Position numbers and translations under genes: made by a program | The notes under the pieces: model-generated | Database searches by the model: none | What the model saw: only the letters and a program-made list of their open reading frames with translations | Told to the model about the DNA's origin: nothing | Source of the DNA: Candidatus Sumerlaeia bacterium | GTDB taxonomy: Bacteria; Sumerlaeota; Sumerlaeia; SLMS01; JANRJK01 | Direction of reading: 5' to 3' | NCBI GenBank assembly: GCA_033764015.1 | Contig: JANRJK010000018.1 | Span: forward strand, 1-60,511 | DNA length: 60,511 nt | Part shown: positions 11,511 through 21,165 of the stretch, piece after piece | How positions within the stretch are numbered: position 1 is the first letter of the stretch | Layout of the letters: each line of letters opens with the position of its first letter

Positions 11511-12926
11511 ATGACCCAGAACGGCCAACCGCAGACATCCAAGCGCCCGGCGCTTTCGCTGGCGCAGCCGCACCACATCGAGGCGGAGCGCGGCGTGCTG
11601 GGGGCGATGCTCCTGAACAACGAGATCATCGACATCGTGGTGCAGGAGGTAAAGGCCGAGGACTTCTACCAGCCGGCGCACGGGCACATCTTCTCGGGGA
11701 TCATCGAGCTGCACGACGGCGGCCAGCCGGTGGACCTGGTGCTGCTGTCGAACCTGCTGAGGCAGCGCGCGGTGCTGGAGGAGTCGGGCGGGGTGCTGTA
11801 CCTCGCGGGGCTCGAGGAGAGCGTGCTGACGACGCACGCCGCGCCGGAGCTGGCGAAGGTGGTGGCGGAGAAGGCGACGCTGCGGCGGCTGATGCGCGCG
11901 GCGGAGGCGATCCTGCACGAGGCGAGCGAGGACCGCCGGGGCGCCGCGGACGTCGTCGAGATCGCGGAGCGGCTGGTGTTCGAGGTGAGCCGCCGCGCGC
12001 GGGCGGACTCCTTCAAGTCCGTCGAGTCGCTGATGGACGAGGCGCTGGCGGAGGTGTCGAAGCTGATGGAGAACCGGGGGCGCATCCCCGGCATTCCCTC
12101 GGGCTTCACGGACCTGGACCGGATGCTGAACGGTTTCCAGAGGAGCGACCTGCTGATCCTGGCGGCGCGCCCGTCCGTCGGCAAGACGGCGTTCGCGCTG
12201 AACCTGTCGCTGAACATCGCGACGCGGGAGCGGCTGCCGGTGGCGATCTTCAGCCTTGAGATGGGGGCGGAGCAGCTCAACGCGCGGTTGCTCTGCGCGC
12301 ACTCGCGCGTGCCGGGGAACCTGATCCGCAAGGGCCTGCTGAACGCGCAGCAGTTCGAGTCGCTGCAGCGGTCCGCGGCGGACCTGCGGCAGGCGCCGAT
12401 CTACATCGACGACACGCCGGGGCTATCGATCACGCAGCTCCGGTCGCGGGCGCGGCGCCTGAAGAGCGAGCACCCGGACCTTTCCTTCATCGTGGTGGAC
12501 TACCTGCAGCTAATGGCGGGGCCGGAGACCGCGAAGCGGCGCGACATCAACCGCCAGCAGGAGGTGAGCGACATCTCCCGCGGCCTGAAGCTGCTGGCGC
12601 GCGAGCTGCACGTGCCGGTGCTTGCGCTGAGCCAGCTTTCCCGCAGCATCGAGCAGCGCAGCACGAAGAAGGAGCAGGCGAAGCCGATGCTGTCGGACCT
12701 GCGCGAATCGGGGGCCATCGAGCAGGACGCGGACATCGTGATGTTCGTGCACCGCGAGCGGGCCGAGCTGGACAAGGACGAGGAGGGGAAGCCGGTGAAC
12801 CGGAACCTGCCGATCCCGTCCGAGATCCTGATCGAGAAGCACCGCAACGGCCCGACCGGTTCGGTGCCGCTTTTCTTCTTCTCCGAGTACACCTTGTTCG
12901 CGAACATGGCGCGAGACGCCCGCTAA
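11511..12926 (+). CDS. dnaB: replicative DNA helicase
   Basis: PHHIEAERGVLG, AARPSVGKT, FSLEM, VDYLQL, LSQLSR, LSDLRESGAIEQDAD, KHRNGPTG; no intein. Confidence 0.97.
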   Translation: MTQNGQPQTSKRPALSLAQPHHIEAERGVLGAMLLNNEIIDIVVQEVKAEDFYQPAHGHIFSGIIELHDGGQPVDLVLLSNLLRQRAVLEESGGVLYLAGLEESVLTTHAAPELAKVVAEKATLRRLMRAAEAILHEASEDRRGAADVVEIAERLVFEVSRRARADSFKSVESLMDEALAEVSKLMENRGRIPGIPSGFTDLDRMLNGFQRSDLLILAARPSVGKTAFALNLSLNIATRERLPVAIFSLEMGAEQLNARLLCAHSRVPGNLIRKGLLNAQQFESLQRSAADLRQAPIYIDDTPGLSITQLRSRARRLKSEHPDLSFIVVDYLQLMAGPETAKRRDINRQQEVSDISRGLKLLARELHVPVLALSQLSRSIEQRSTKKEQAKPMLSDLRESGAIEQDADIVMFVHRERAELDKDEEGKPVNRNLPIPSEILIEKHRNGPTGSVPLFFFSEYTLFANMARDAR

Positions 12927-12941
12927 GGCCCCCCCGACCCG

Positions 12942-14324
12942 ATGACCAGCAACCCCGTCGTCCTCCTCACCACCGAGCCCCCTCCCATCCCCGGCGTTCC
13001 CGCGACGGGAGCGGGCCTGCGCGCCTGGGGCCTGCTGCAGGGGCTGCGCGCGCTCGGCGCGCCGGACGCGCGGCTGCTGGTTGCTGCGGACGCGATCCGG
13101 GGACGCGAGGCGGCCGCGGCGCCGCCGGAGGGCGTCGAGTTCGTGAACCGGCCGGAGCTGGACGACCGGATCGCGGAGCTGTCGCCGCGGGCGCTTGTGT
13201 TCCAGCACTGGGGGATCATGCGCGACCTGCGGCGCGAGCCCGGCTGCCCGGTGGCGATCGACCTCGCGGGACCGCACCTGCTCGAGCGCGCGCTGTGGGG
13301 TTCGAAGGACCGGGAGGGCGACCTGGTGGAGAAGCTGGCGGCGCTGCACCGCGCGGACTTCGTCACGTGCAGCGGCGCCTTCCAGCGCAACTACTTCATC
13401 GCGCACCTCGCGCAGGCGGGGTGGGATCCGCGCGCGGCGGACCTTTGCCCCGCGATCCCGTTCTCGCTGTCGCCGGAGCTGCCGGAGATCCCCGCCGACC
13501 GCGACAACCGGGCGTTCTTCTACGGCGGGATGTTCCTGCCGTGGCAGGACCCGTCGGCGGTGCTGCGGGCGGCGCTGCGCGCGGTGGAGGGGGACGAGCG
13601 CGCGCGCCTGGTGTTCGTGGGCGGGCCGCACCCTTCCGCGGACGTCGGGGGCGGGCGCTTCGACGGCCTGCTGCTGGAGCTCCGCGCGCACCCCCGGGTC
13701 GAGTACCACGCGCCGATGCCGTTCCCCGAGATGGTGGAGAAGATGCGGCGCTGCGGCCTCGCGCTGGACCTGATGCCGGCGAACGCGGAGCGGCTGATCG
13801 CGTTCCCCACGCGCACCGTGGCGTACCTCTGGGCGGGGGTGCCGCCGCTGCACAACAACTACGACGAGCTGGCGGGGCCGATCGACGCGGCGAAAGCCGG
13901 GTGGGCGCTGGACCCGGGGGACGCGGCGGGGATGGAGGAGCTGCTCGAGCGCGCGTTGCGGCGCCCGCAGGACACGACGCGGCGCGCGGAGGCGGCGCAG
14001 CGGCTCGCCGCGGACCGCTACACCTGGGACCGGACGACGGAGCCGCTGGCGGCGTGGTGCCGCGACCCGCGGCGCCGCGAGCGCGGGGCGGCCGTCGCGG
14101 TGCCGGGCGCCCTGGCGGCTCCCCCGCCGGCGGCCGAGCCCACGGCCCGGAAGCGCTCCCGGGCGGGCGCCGTCTCCTACACGCCGCGGACCGCGGTGAC
14201 GGGTCCGGGCCTGCACGCCTGGCTCCTGAGCCCGATCGTCTTCCTGCTCGCGCTGCCGATCAGCCTGATGCTGGTGCTGCTGTTCGCGCTGGTCGAGATC
14301 GTCAAGCGGCTGTTCCGCCGATGA
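12942..14324 (+). CDS. GT-B (GT4-like) glycosyltransferase with C-terminal TM helix
   Basis: AGLRAW, YGGMFLPWQDP, AFPTRTVAYLWAGVP, YTWDRT; hydrophobic C-terminus. Confidence 0.75.
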   Translation: MTSNPVVLLTTEPPPIPGVPATGAGLRAWGLLQGLRALGAPDARLLVAADAIRGREAAAAPPEGVEFVNRPELDDRIAELSPRALVFQHWGIMRDLRREPGCPVAIDLAGPHLLERALWGSKDREGDLVEKLAALHRADFVTCSGAFQRNYFIAHLAQAGWDPRAADLCPAIPFSLSPELPEIPADRDNRAFFYGGMFLPWQDPSAVLRAALRAVEGDERARLVFVGGPHPSADVGGGRFDGLLLELRAHPRVEYHAPMPFPEMVEKMRRCGLALDLMPANAERLIAFPTRTVAYLWAGVPPLHNNYDELAGPIDAAKAGWALDPGDAAGMEELLERALRRPQDTTRRAEAAQRLAADRYTWDRTTEPLAAWCRDPRRRERGAAVAVPGALAAPPPAAEPTARKRSRAGAVSYTPRTAVTGPGLHAWLLSPIVFLLALPISLMLVLLFALVEIVKRLFRR

Positions 14325-15046
14325 GCTTCCCGCGGCGCTTCGACGCGATCTTCGTCGATATCGACGACACCCTGTGGGAGAACAACATCTACTTCCTGCA
14401 GGTGCACGACTGGCTGGTGCGGGAGGCCCGCGACCTCGGGCTTTCGGGGCGGGCGGCGGACGCGCTGATGCACCGCAACGAGATGCGCAACATCCGGCTG
14501 ATCGGGTACGGGTACGACAGCTACGAGCAGTCGCTGCACCGGACCGTGCGGCAGATGGCGGCGATGGCGGGGCGGAGCGAGCGGGCGGCGGCGCTGTGCG
14601 CGCGGGCGTCGGCTTGGTGCGCGTTCCTTCGGAAGCATCCGATCAAGCTGCTGCGGGGCGTCCGCGAGGCGCTGCCGGCGCTTTCAGCGGAACACCGGCT
14701 GATCATGTTCACGAAGGGCAACCCGCGGGACCAGTTGGGCAAGGTGGCGCGCAGCGGGCTTGAGCGGTTCTTCCACGCGGCGGAGGTGGGCGCGCACAAG
14801 TCGCCGGAGGAGTACCGGCGCCTCGCGGAGAAGTTCGGCGTGGCGCCGGAGCGCGCGCTGATGGTGGGGAACTCGCCGCGGAGCGACATCAACAACGCGA
14901 AGCGCGCGGGTTTCTTCACGGCCTACGTGCCGCACCGCAAGACATGGTACATGGAGCTGGAGCCGATATCGCCGGCGCACCCGCCGACCCTTGTGGTCGA
15001 GCGGTTCGACCTGCTGGCGGCGCATCTGCTGGCGGTCGGGGGCTGA
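14321..15046 (+). CDS. HAD-superfamily hydrolase
   Basis: FVDIDDTLWEN, TKG, K, MVGNSPRSDI; ATGA overlap with upstream gene. Confidence 0.9.
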   Translation: MSFPRRFDAIFVDIDDTLWENNIYFLQVHDWLVREARDLGLSGRAADALMHRNEMRNIRLIGYGYDSYEQSLHRTVRQMAAMAGRSERAAALCARASAWCAFLRKHPIKLLRGVREALPALSAEHRLIMFTKGNPRDQLGKVARSGLERFFHAAEVGAHKSPEEYRRLAEKFGVAPERALMVGNSPRSDINNAKRAGFFTAYVPHRKTWYMELEPISPAHPPTLVVERFDLLAAHLLAVGG

Positions 15047-15202
15047 CGCGGCCACCGCCCGGCGCCGGGGGATGTCGAAAAAGGCGCCGCGGCGAGCCGA
15101 ATGTTATTGATCGACTCGCCCGCGCCATGTGAACTGCGAGAGAGGCGCCCAGCCGACAATCCCGGGGCAACGCCGCCCCAGCCAGCAGCCGAGTGTGGTT
15201 CC

Positions 15203-17365
15203 ATGACCCGAGCCGTCCGCGGGGCGAGTGCGCCCGATCCCACCGAGAAGCCCGCGCGTCCGAAGGCTCCCGCCCTGGCCACGTCCGCCCAGCGCCTGCA
15301 TCCGATCCAGGTCGAGTACACCTATCCTGTCGGCGTCCGCACCGACATGGAGCGGGAGCTTCCGATCAGCCTGGAGGACGCGGACCTCGACGAGTTGCTC
15401 GAGCTGTTCAGTTCTCCGGCGCAATGGACGGAGCGGCTGGCGCCGCTGACGGCGCAGTTCAACCAGGAGCAGCTTCAGGGAAAGAACCCGGTCGAGCTGG
15501 AGCTGAAGTTCCTGCAGCACCTTTCGACGGACCTGGGGCGGATCGCGCACGAGATGCAGGGGACCAACACGGGGCGCTTCGGCGAGCGGGGCGCGGTCTC
15601 CTTCGTGGGCCTTGGACTCGACCCGGAGACGCTGTCGCAGGTGATCGAGTTCGATTACGACCGGGCGGACAACAGCTACAGCCGCTTCGAGGGACTGTTC
15701 GCGGGGGGCCACGCGACGCCGGTGGCGACCACGCCGTTCCACACGCTGCTGCCGCTGTACAAGCACGACTTCGAGATCCGGCTGCTGGTGCGCATCGGGC
15801 TGGACTACTACTGGCCGCTCCTCAAGAAGTTCAACCGCGCGGCTGCGCGGAACACGGGGGAGAAGTACTTCATCGCGGTCTTCCACCTTCCCGAAGGCGC
15901 CTACAGCGCGCGCGTCCTCCAGATCCTCCACGCCGAATTCACGAAGCGCTGCGAGGCGGAGTCGATCAAGCCCGCGCACCTCGTCGTCCTGCTCGACACC
16001 GCGCAGAGCAAGGAGACGGAGATCGAGCACTTGATGAAGCGCTGGAACACGCTGCGCCCGGCGCCGACCACGCGCGACTTCGTCACGATCCTGTTCCGCG
16101 AGCGCGCGTTCTCCGACTGGGTGGTGCAGGGGCATCCGTCGACCAAGAAGCAGCTCGACCGGACCATCGCGAAGGTGGACGCGGCGCTTCGGGACCGGCA
16201 GGTCGACCACCAGTGGGCGCACTTCGAGCCCGTGGCGACGCTCCTGGGCACCTTCAAGGCGTGCAACAACTTCGAATTGAAGATCCTGAAACTGACGGAG
16301 CTGGGCTACCAGCCGGCGGGTCCGGACCTCTTCGTGCGGCGCAAGCTTCTCGGCCTTTACGGCATGGAGGAGTCGGAGCCGCGGAGGACGCAGCTCGTGG
16401 ACCACACCTGCTGGGAGTACCACGCGGACGCGCCGGGTTCGCTGTCGCGCTTCCTCGGCGAGGCGAGCCTGGGCGAGGGGCGCGGGCCGGCGTCGCCGCC
16501 GCGGACCTACACGCGGAAGATAGCGGACGGCACCACGCGCGAGGAGACCGCACCGCCGGTGTGGAAGTACGCGCTCTGGTGCGCGCTGCAGCGCGTGCAC
16601 CGGGCCGTGGTCGGCGATCCCAAAACCTTCCAGGGCGGGATGCTGGGGCTGCTGCGGGCGCTGTCCGGCGTGGCGCGCGTGCCGGTCATGATGCGCAACG
16701 TGGAGGATTTCCTGGTGCAGTACGCGCGGGTGCGCTTCCGCGAGCACTACACGCAGCAGGTGTGCAGCGAGGCCGACGTGAACATCGCCGACTACTGCGC
16801 GGACATCCTGCTGCGGGAGGCCGGGGGCGACGACGACGGGCAGGAGTTGCCGGAGGAGGAAGTGGTCGCCGCGGGCGCCGCGGCGGAAGCCGTGTTCCTG
16901 GCGCACGAGGGCCTTTCTTCGCCCGCCTTCGCCTTCGAGAACATGGATAACCGGGCGGTGTACCACAACGTGGTGAACATGACGCTCGCGGTCGTGCACG
17001 CGATCCACGCGCTGAACTGGACCGACCGGGGCACGGAGGCGGCGGAGCTGTTCGCGGTGTTCCAGGAGGAGCTGCTCGGGTTCGCGGGAGCGCACGGCCG
17101 CCACGGGCTGGAGGCGCTCGGCTGCACCCCCGAGGAGTGGGCGGCCCTGATCGCCCCGCAAGTGGAGGACTCGGCGCTGAACGTGGTCGAGCGCGCCGCG
17201 CGGCGCGTCGGGGCGCGGCACCTGCGGAACAAGGGTTTCCGCAACGAGTTCCAGCGGAGCGACGAGTACATCTCCACCTCGACGGGCCACCTTTGGAGCC
17301 GCGAGGTGGCGCACGACAACTTCAAGTGGGAGAACGAGGCGTTCTGCGGCCTCGCGGAGGAGTAG
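15203..17365 (+). CDS. divergent glycoside hydrolase family 57 / DUF3536-like protein (start uncertain: 15101, 15203 or 15347)
   Basis: TPFHTLLPL, FHLPEGAYS, ILFRERAFSD, WKYAL..ALQ.V and SSPAFAFENMD parallel GH57 conserved regions. Confidence 0.6.
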   Translation: MTRAVRGASAPDPTEKPARPKAPALATSAQRLHPIQVEYTYPVGVRTDMERELPISLEDADLDELLELFSSPAQWTERLAPLTAQFNQEQLQGKNPVELELKFLQHLSTDLGRIAHEMQGTNTGRFGERGAVSFVGLGLDPETLSQVIEFDYDRADNSYSRFEGLFAGGHATPVATTPFHTLLPLYKHDFEIRLLVRIGLDYYWPLLKKFNRAAARNTGEKYFIAVFHLPEGAYSARVLQILHAEFTKRCEAESIKPAHLVVLLDTAQSKETEIEHLMKRWNTLRPAPTTRDFVTILFRERAFSDWVVQGHPSTKKQLDRTIAKVDAALRDRQVDHQWAHFEPVATLLGTFKACNNFELKILKLTELGYQPAGPDLFVRRKLLGLYGMEESEPRRTQLVDHTCWEYHADAPGSLSRFLGEASLGEGRGPASPPRTYTRKIADGTTREETAPPVWKYALWCALQRVHRAVVGDPKTFQGGMLGLLRALSGVARVPVMMRNVEDFLVQYARVRFREHYTQQVCSEADVNIADYCADILLREAGGDDDGQELPEEEVVAAGAAAEAVFLAHEGLSSPAFAFENMDNRAVYHNVVNMTLAVVHAIHALNWTDRGTEAAELFAVFQEELLGFAGAHGRHGLEALGCTPEEWAALIAPQVEDSALNVVERAARRVGARHLRNKGFRNEFQRSDEYISTSTGHLWSREVAHDNFKWENEAFCGLAEE

Positions 17366-17431
17366 CGTCGAGCGGGCACGGAGCGCGCTCCACCCCCTGC
17401 AACCGCCCCCCGGAGCCACACGCCCCTTTCC

Positions 17432-18064
17432 ATGGACAAGAAGACGCTCGCCATCGCCGCCGCGCTGCTGCTCGCCGCGTTCTACTTCCTGGCGGGGGGC
17501 TCCATCAACGATTGGCCCATCACGAACGATCCGCCGCGCGGCGGCACGCGCGTGATCGCGCTGGGCGACAGCCTGACGCGGATGCCGAAGGAACTCGGGC
17601 TGAAGACCTATCCGGACTTCCTCGCCGAGATGATCGGCAAGGAGATCGAGAACGCGGGCGTCCCCGGCAACACCACGGAGGACGCGCTGCGGCGCGTTGA
17701 GCGCGACGTGCTCCAGCGCGATCCGCGCGTGGTGCTGGTGCTCCTCGGGGGGAACGACTACCTGCGCCGGCAGCCGATCGAATCGATCGTCGACAACCTG
17801 CGCCGGATCATCCGCCTCGCCCAGGACCGCGGCGCGCTGGTGGTGCTGGTCGCGTTGGAGGGGCCGGCGCTGCTCGGCGCCACCGGCCAGGATGAGTTCC
17901 GCGCGCTCGCGCAGGAGACGGGCGCCGTGCTCGTGCCCGACATCCTGGACGGCATCCTTTCCGACCCGTCGCTGCGCTTCGACGCGATCCACCCGAACGA
18001 GAAGGGCGCGCGGATCATGGCGGAGCGGATCAACGAGGTGGCCGGGGAGTACCTGAGGCGCTGA
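17432..18064 (+). CDS. GDSL/SGNH lipase-arylesterase, N-terminal membrane anchor
   Basis: LGDSLT, NAGVPGNTT, LGGND, DAIHPN. Confidence 0.92.
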   Translation: MDKKTLAIAAALLLAAFYFLAGGSINDWPITNDPPRGGTRVIALGDSLTRMPKELGLKTYPDFLAEMIGKEIENAGVPGNTTEDALRRVERDVLQRDPRVVLVLLGGNDYLRRQPIESIVDNLRRIIRLAQDRGALVVLVALEGPALLGATGQDEFRALAQETGAVLVPDILDGILSDPSLRFDAIHPNEKGARIMAERINEVAGEYLRR

Positions 18065-18070
18065 CGCGGG

Positions 18071-18087
18071 CTGGCAAGCCGCTTGCA
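18071..18087 (+). promoter_or_regulatory. sigma-54 promoter of htrA-like gene
   Basis: CTGGCAAGCCGCTTGCA, near-consensus TGGCA-N6-TTGCA, 35 bp before the ATG. Confidence 0.7.
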
Positions 18088-18122
18088 ATGCGGGTTCCAT
18101 CCCGTGCCGGAGCCACGCCGCC

Positions 18123-19250
18123 ATGGCGCACCGCCCTTCCTTCCTTCAGCGATTCCTACTCCTGACCAACATCATGCTCCTGTCCGCAGTGGCGGCGCTG
18201 GTCGCCGACCGCGGCGTGGCGCCGCCGGCGACGGCGGCGCAGGCCTCCCTGGCGGACGGCTTCGTTCCGAAGTCCCGCCTCGCGGCGGTGGTCCACGAGG
18301 TCTCCCCCGCCGTCGTGACCGTCGGCGCGGTGCGGACCAGCTACCGGCGGGGGTACGATTTCTTCCGCCCCTACGTGCAGCGCAGCGTCGAGCGGTTGCC
18401 GTACCTCGGCTCCGGCGTCATCGTGTCGGATGAGGGGCACGTCGTGACGAACGTCCACGTGATCGAGGGCGCCGAGGAGATCTTCGTGACGCTGCCGGAC
18501 GGGCGCGAGCTGCCGGCGCGGCTCCTGAGCGCGGAGGGAGCGCTCGATATCGCGATCCTGAAGGTCGAGGCGGAGGGGCTGCCCAAGCCGCTCGATTTCG
18601 GCGATTCGGACGACCTGCAGCCGGGCGAGGAGGTGGCCGCGCTCGGCAACCCCTTCGGCCCCATGGTGCGCGATCCGCGCCCCACGGTGACCGCCGGCGT
18701 GGTGAGCGCCACACAGCGCAGCTTCCAGCCGGAAGGCGGGCGCGTCTTCACCGACATGATCCAGACCGACGCGGCGATCAACCCGGGCAACAGCGGCGGG
18801 CCGCTGGTGGACTCGAACGGGCGGCTAATCGGCATCAACACCTTCATCTTCTCGCGCTCCGGCGGCTCGCAGGGCATCGGCTTCGCCATCCCGGTGAACC
18901 GCGTGCGGCGCGTGCTGGAGGAAGTGCGCGAGTTCGGCGGCGTCCGGACCCGGCTGCTCGACTTCGACATGGAGGGCGTGCTGCTCCGGACGGGGAACCA
19001 GCGCGAGACGGGCGTGCTGATCACGGAACTCGCGCCGGGGGGCCCCGCGGACAGGGCGGGGCTGGTGGTGGGCGACGTGATCGTGCAGGCGGAGGGCAAG
19101 GCGATGGCGCGCCCGGACGACCTCGTGACGTTCCTGCGCGCCCGGCAGGCGGGCGACCGTCTGCGGCTGGGAATCTGGCGCAGCGGCCAGCGGTTCGAGG
19201 TGGACTACGAAGTGACCGCCGCTCCCGCGAAGGGGCGCCGCAAGGGCTGA
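18123..19250 (+). CDS. HtrA/DegQ-type trypsin-like serine protease with one PDZ domain
   Basis: GSGVI, VTNVHV, DIAILK, IQTDAAINPGNSGGPL, C-terminal PDZ. Confidence 0.93.
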   Translation: MAHRPSFLQRFLLLTNIMLLSAVAALVADRGVAPPATAAQASLADGFVPKSRLAAVVHEVSPAVVTVGAVRTSYRRGYDFFRPYVQRSVERLPYLGSGVIVSDEGHVVTNVHVIEGAEEIFVTLPDGRELPARLLSAEGALDIAILKVEAEGLPKPLDFGDSDDLQPGEEVAALGNPFGPMVRDPRPTVTAGVVSATQRSFQPEGGRVFTDMIQTDAAINPGNSGGPLVDSNGRLIGINTFIFSRSGGSQGIGFAIPVNRVRRVLEEVREFGGVRTRLLDFDMEGVLLRTGNQRETGVLITELAPGGPADRAGLVVGDVIVQAEGKAMARPDDLVTFLRARQAGDRLRLGIWRSGQRFEVDYEVTAAPAKGRRKG

Positions 19251-19330
19251 GGCGGCGCGCGAACGGTGCCGGCGGGGGCGCTCAAATCCTTTGCCCGTCG
19301 GCGCCGCGCGCCTTCTCCTGTCGGCACACC

Positions 19331-20530
19331 TTGGGGAGTCCCACGCCGCTGCCAGCTTCAACGACGCGCCATTCATACCAGCGGATCGCCAACACCGCCC
19401 TCGCCGCCGCGGACAAGATCTTCGCGCGCGACCGCGTGCTCGCACGGCCCCTGCGGGTGCACTTGGAAGTGAACGACTTCTGCAACCTGCGGTGCCCGCA
19501 CTGCCCGCGCGAGAATCCCGCGTCGCGCAAGAACACCGGCAACCTGCCGCTCGAAGCGGTGCGCCGCCTCGCCCCGTTGTTCGAGGTGGCGAACTACGTC
19601 GGGCTCGCGGGGAACGGCGAGCCGTTCCTCCACCCGGAGTTCCGCGACATCCTCGAGATCGTCACCGGCGCGGGCGCGACGCCCTCGATCATCTGCAACG
19701 GTACGCTCTGGAAGCGGCGCGGCTTCATCGACGTGCTCCCCCGCCTGGGCCCCATGATCATCATGGTGAGCTTCGACGGCGGCACGAAGGAGACCTTCGA
19801 GCGGTGGCGCCGCCCCGCGATCTTCGAGGACGTGATCGACAACCTCGCGGCGCTGAAGGCCGCCAAGGCGCGCCACGGTTCCGTGCACCCGATCGTCAAC
19901 TTCCTGTGCTGCCTGATGAAGGACAACATGGGCGAGACGGAGAGGATCGTCGAGATCGCCGCGGAGCACGGCGTCTCGGTCGTGGTCTTCCAGAACATGT
20001 ACCCGTATGTGGAGGCGGTGGCGGACCAGCGCATCGAGAACCTGCAGGACAGCATCGACGCGGTGACCCGGGCGCGGGAGCGCGGCGCCCGTTGCGGCGT
20101 GCGCGTGGAGCACCTGCCGCTCGCCTTCGACTTCGACGAGCGCAAGCGCATCGAGCGCGAGCGCCGCGCGGCGGCCCAGCCCAGCGCCTTCAGCAACGGC
20201 ACCGCGGCGCCGAACGGGTTCTCCCAGGCGGCGGCGAACGGCGCATCCGGCGCGGTGTACCACTGCAACAACGTGTGGGAGCAGGTCCACGTGACGGTCG
20301 ACGCCTCCGTGAAGTTCTGCTGCTGGTGGAAGGGCCCCGCGATCGGCAACGTGCTCACGGACGACGTCGAGGAGCTGTGGAACAGCCCGGAGTGGCGCGC
20401 GGTCCGCGCCGACCTCACGCGGGGGGTGAAGCACGACTCCTGCCTCGGATGCCACAACCTCGTCGCCCACGACCGCGGCCTGCTCTGGAAGGCGGGCAAG
20501 CGCGAGATGAAGGACCTGTTGAACCGCTAA
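19331..20530 (+). CDS. radical SAM / SPASM-twitch domain protein (start uncertain)
   Basis: CNLRCPHC (CxxxCxxC), GNGEPF, SFDG; C-terminal HC..W...FCC...CLGC. Confidence 0.88.
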   Translation: MGSPTPLPASTTRHSYQRIANTALAAADKIFARDRVLARPLRVHLEVNDFCNLRCPHCPRENPASRKNTGNLPLEAVRRLAPLFEVANYVGLAGNGEPFLHPEFRDILEIVTGAGATPSIICNGTLWKRRGFIDVLPRLGPMIIMVSFDGGTKETFERWRRPAIFEDVIDNLAALKAAKARHGSVHPIVNFLCCLMKDNMGETERIVEIAAEHGVSVVVFQNMYPYVEAVADQRIENLQDSIDAVTRARERGARCGVRVEHLPLAFDFDERKRIERERRAAAQPSAFSNGTAAPNGFSQAAANGASGAVYHCNNVWEQVHVTVDASVKFCCWWKGPAIGNVLTDDVEELWNSPEWRAVRADLTRGVKHDSCLGCHNLVAHDRGLLWKAGKREMKDLLNR

Positions 20531-20550
20531 TCCCGAAGGAGAGTTCCGCC

Positions 20551-21090
20551 ATGGCCGGGAAAGCCGCCAAGCCCGCGACGAAGCGCGTCGCCGTGCTCGC
20601 CGAGAACATCTACGAGGACCTCGAAGCCTGGTACCCGATCCTACGACTCCGGGAGGCGGGGCATGAGGTGGTGGTCGTCGCCCCGCTCGGCGGGCACACG
20701 TACACCAGCAAGCACGGCTATCCGCTCGCGAGCGACCTCGCCATCGACAAGGCGAAGGCGAAGGACTTCGACGCGGTGGTGATCCCCGGCGGCTACGCGC
20801 CGGACAAGTTGCGCCGCTATCCGAAGATCGTCGCGTTCATCCGTGCGATCTTCGACGCCGGGAAGCCGGTCGCGTCGATCTGCCACGGCCCCTGGCTGTT
20901 CGCCGAGGCCGACATCGCGCGCGGGCGCCGGTTCACCTGCGTGCCCGCGATCAAGACGGACGTCGTCAACGCGGGCGGGATCTACGAGGACCGGGAAGTG
21001 GTCGTGGACGGGAACCTGGTGAGTTCGCGGACGCCGCCGGACCTGCCTGCGATGATGCGCGAACTGCTGCGCCTGCTTGACCGGTCCTGA
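20551..21090 (+). CDS. PfpI/DJ-1 family protein
   Basis: YEDLE, IPGGYAPD, SICHGPW, VVVDGNLVSSRTPPDL; GAAGGAG RBS. Confidence 0.93.
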   Translation: MAGKAAKPATKRVAVLAENIYEDLEAWYPILRLREAGHEVVVVAPLGGHTYTSKHGYPLASDLAIDKAKAKDFDAVVIPGGYAPDKLRRYPKIVAFIRAIFDAGKPVASICHGPWLFAEADIARGRRFTCVPAIKTDVVNAGGIYEDREVVVDGNLVSSRTPPDLPAMMRELLRLLDRS

Positions 21091-21165
21091 CGGCGGGGCG
21101 ATAGTCGGCTGCCGGTCCGGTGCGCCCGGGTCGGCGCCATGCGATCCGCCAGGAGCCGCAGCACC

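Noticed and set aside
15104..18124. 1006-aa minus-strand ORF and many other long overlapping ORFs (e.g. 4741-7026, 43556-45859, 48296-50458)
   Set aside because: Antisense or alternate-frame shadows of well-supported genes in high-GC DNA; Arg/Ala/Pro-rich with no motifs.
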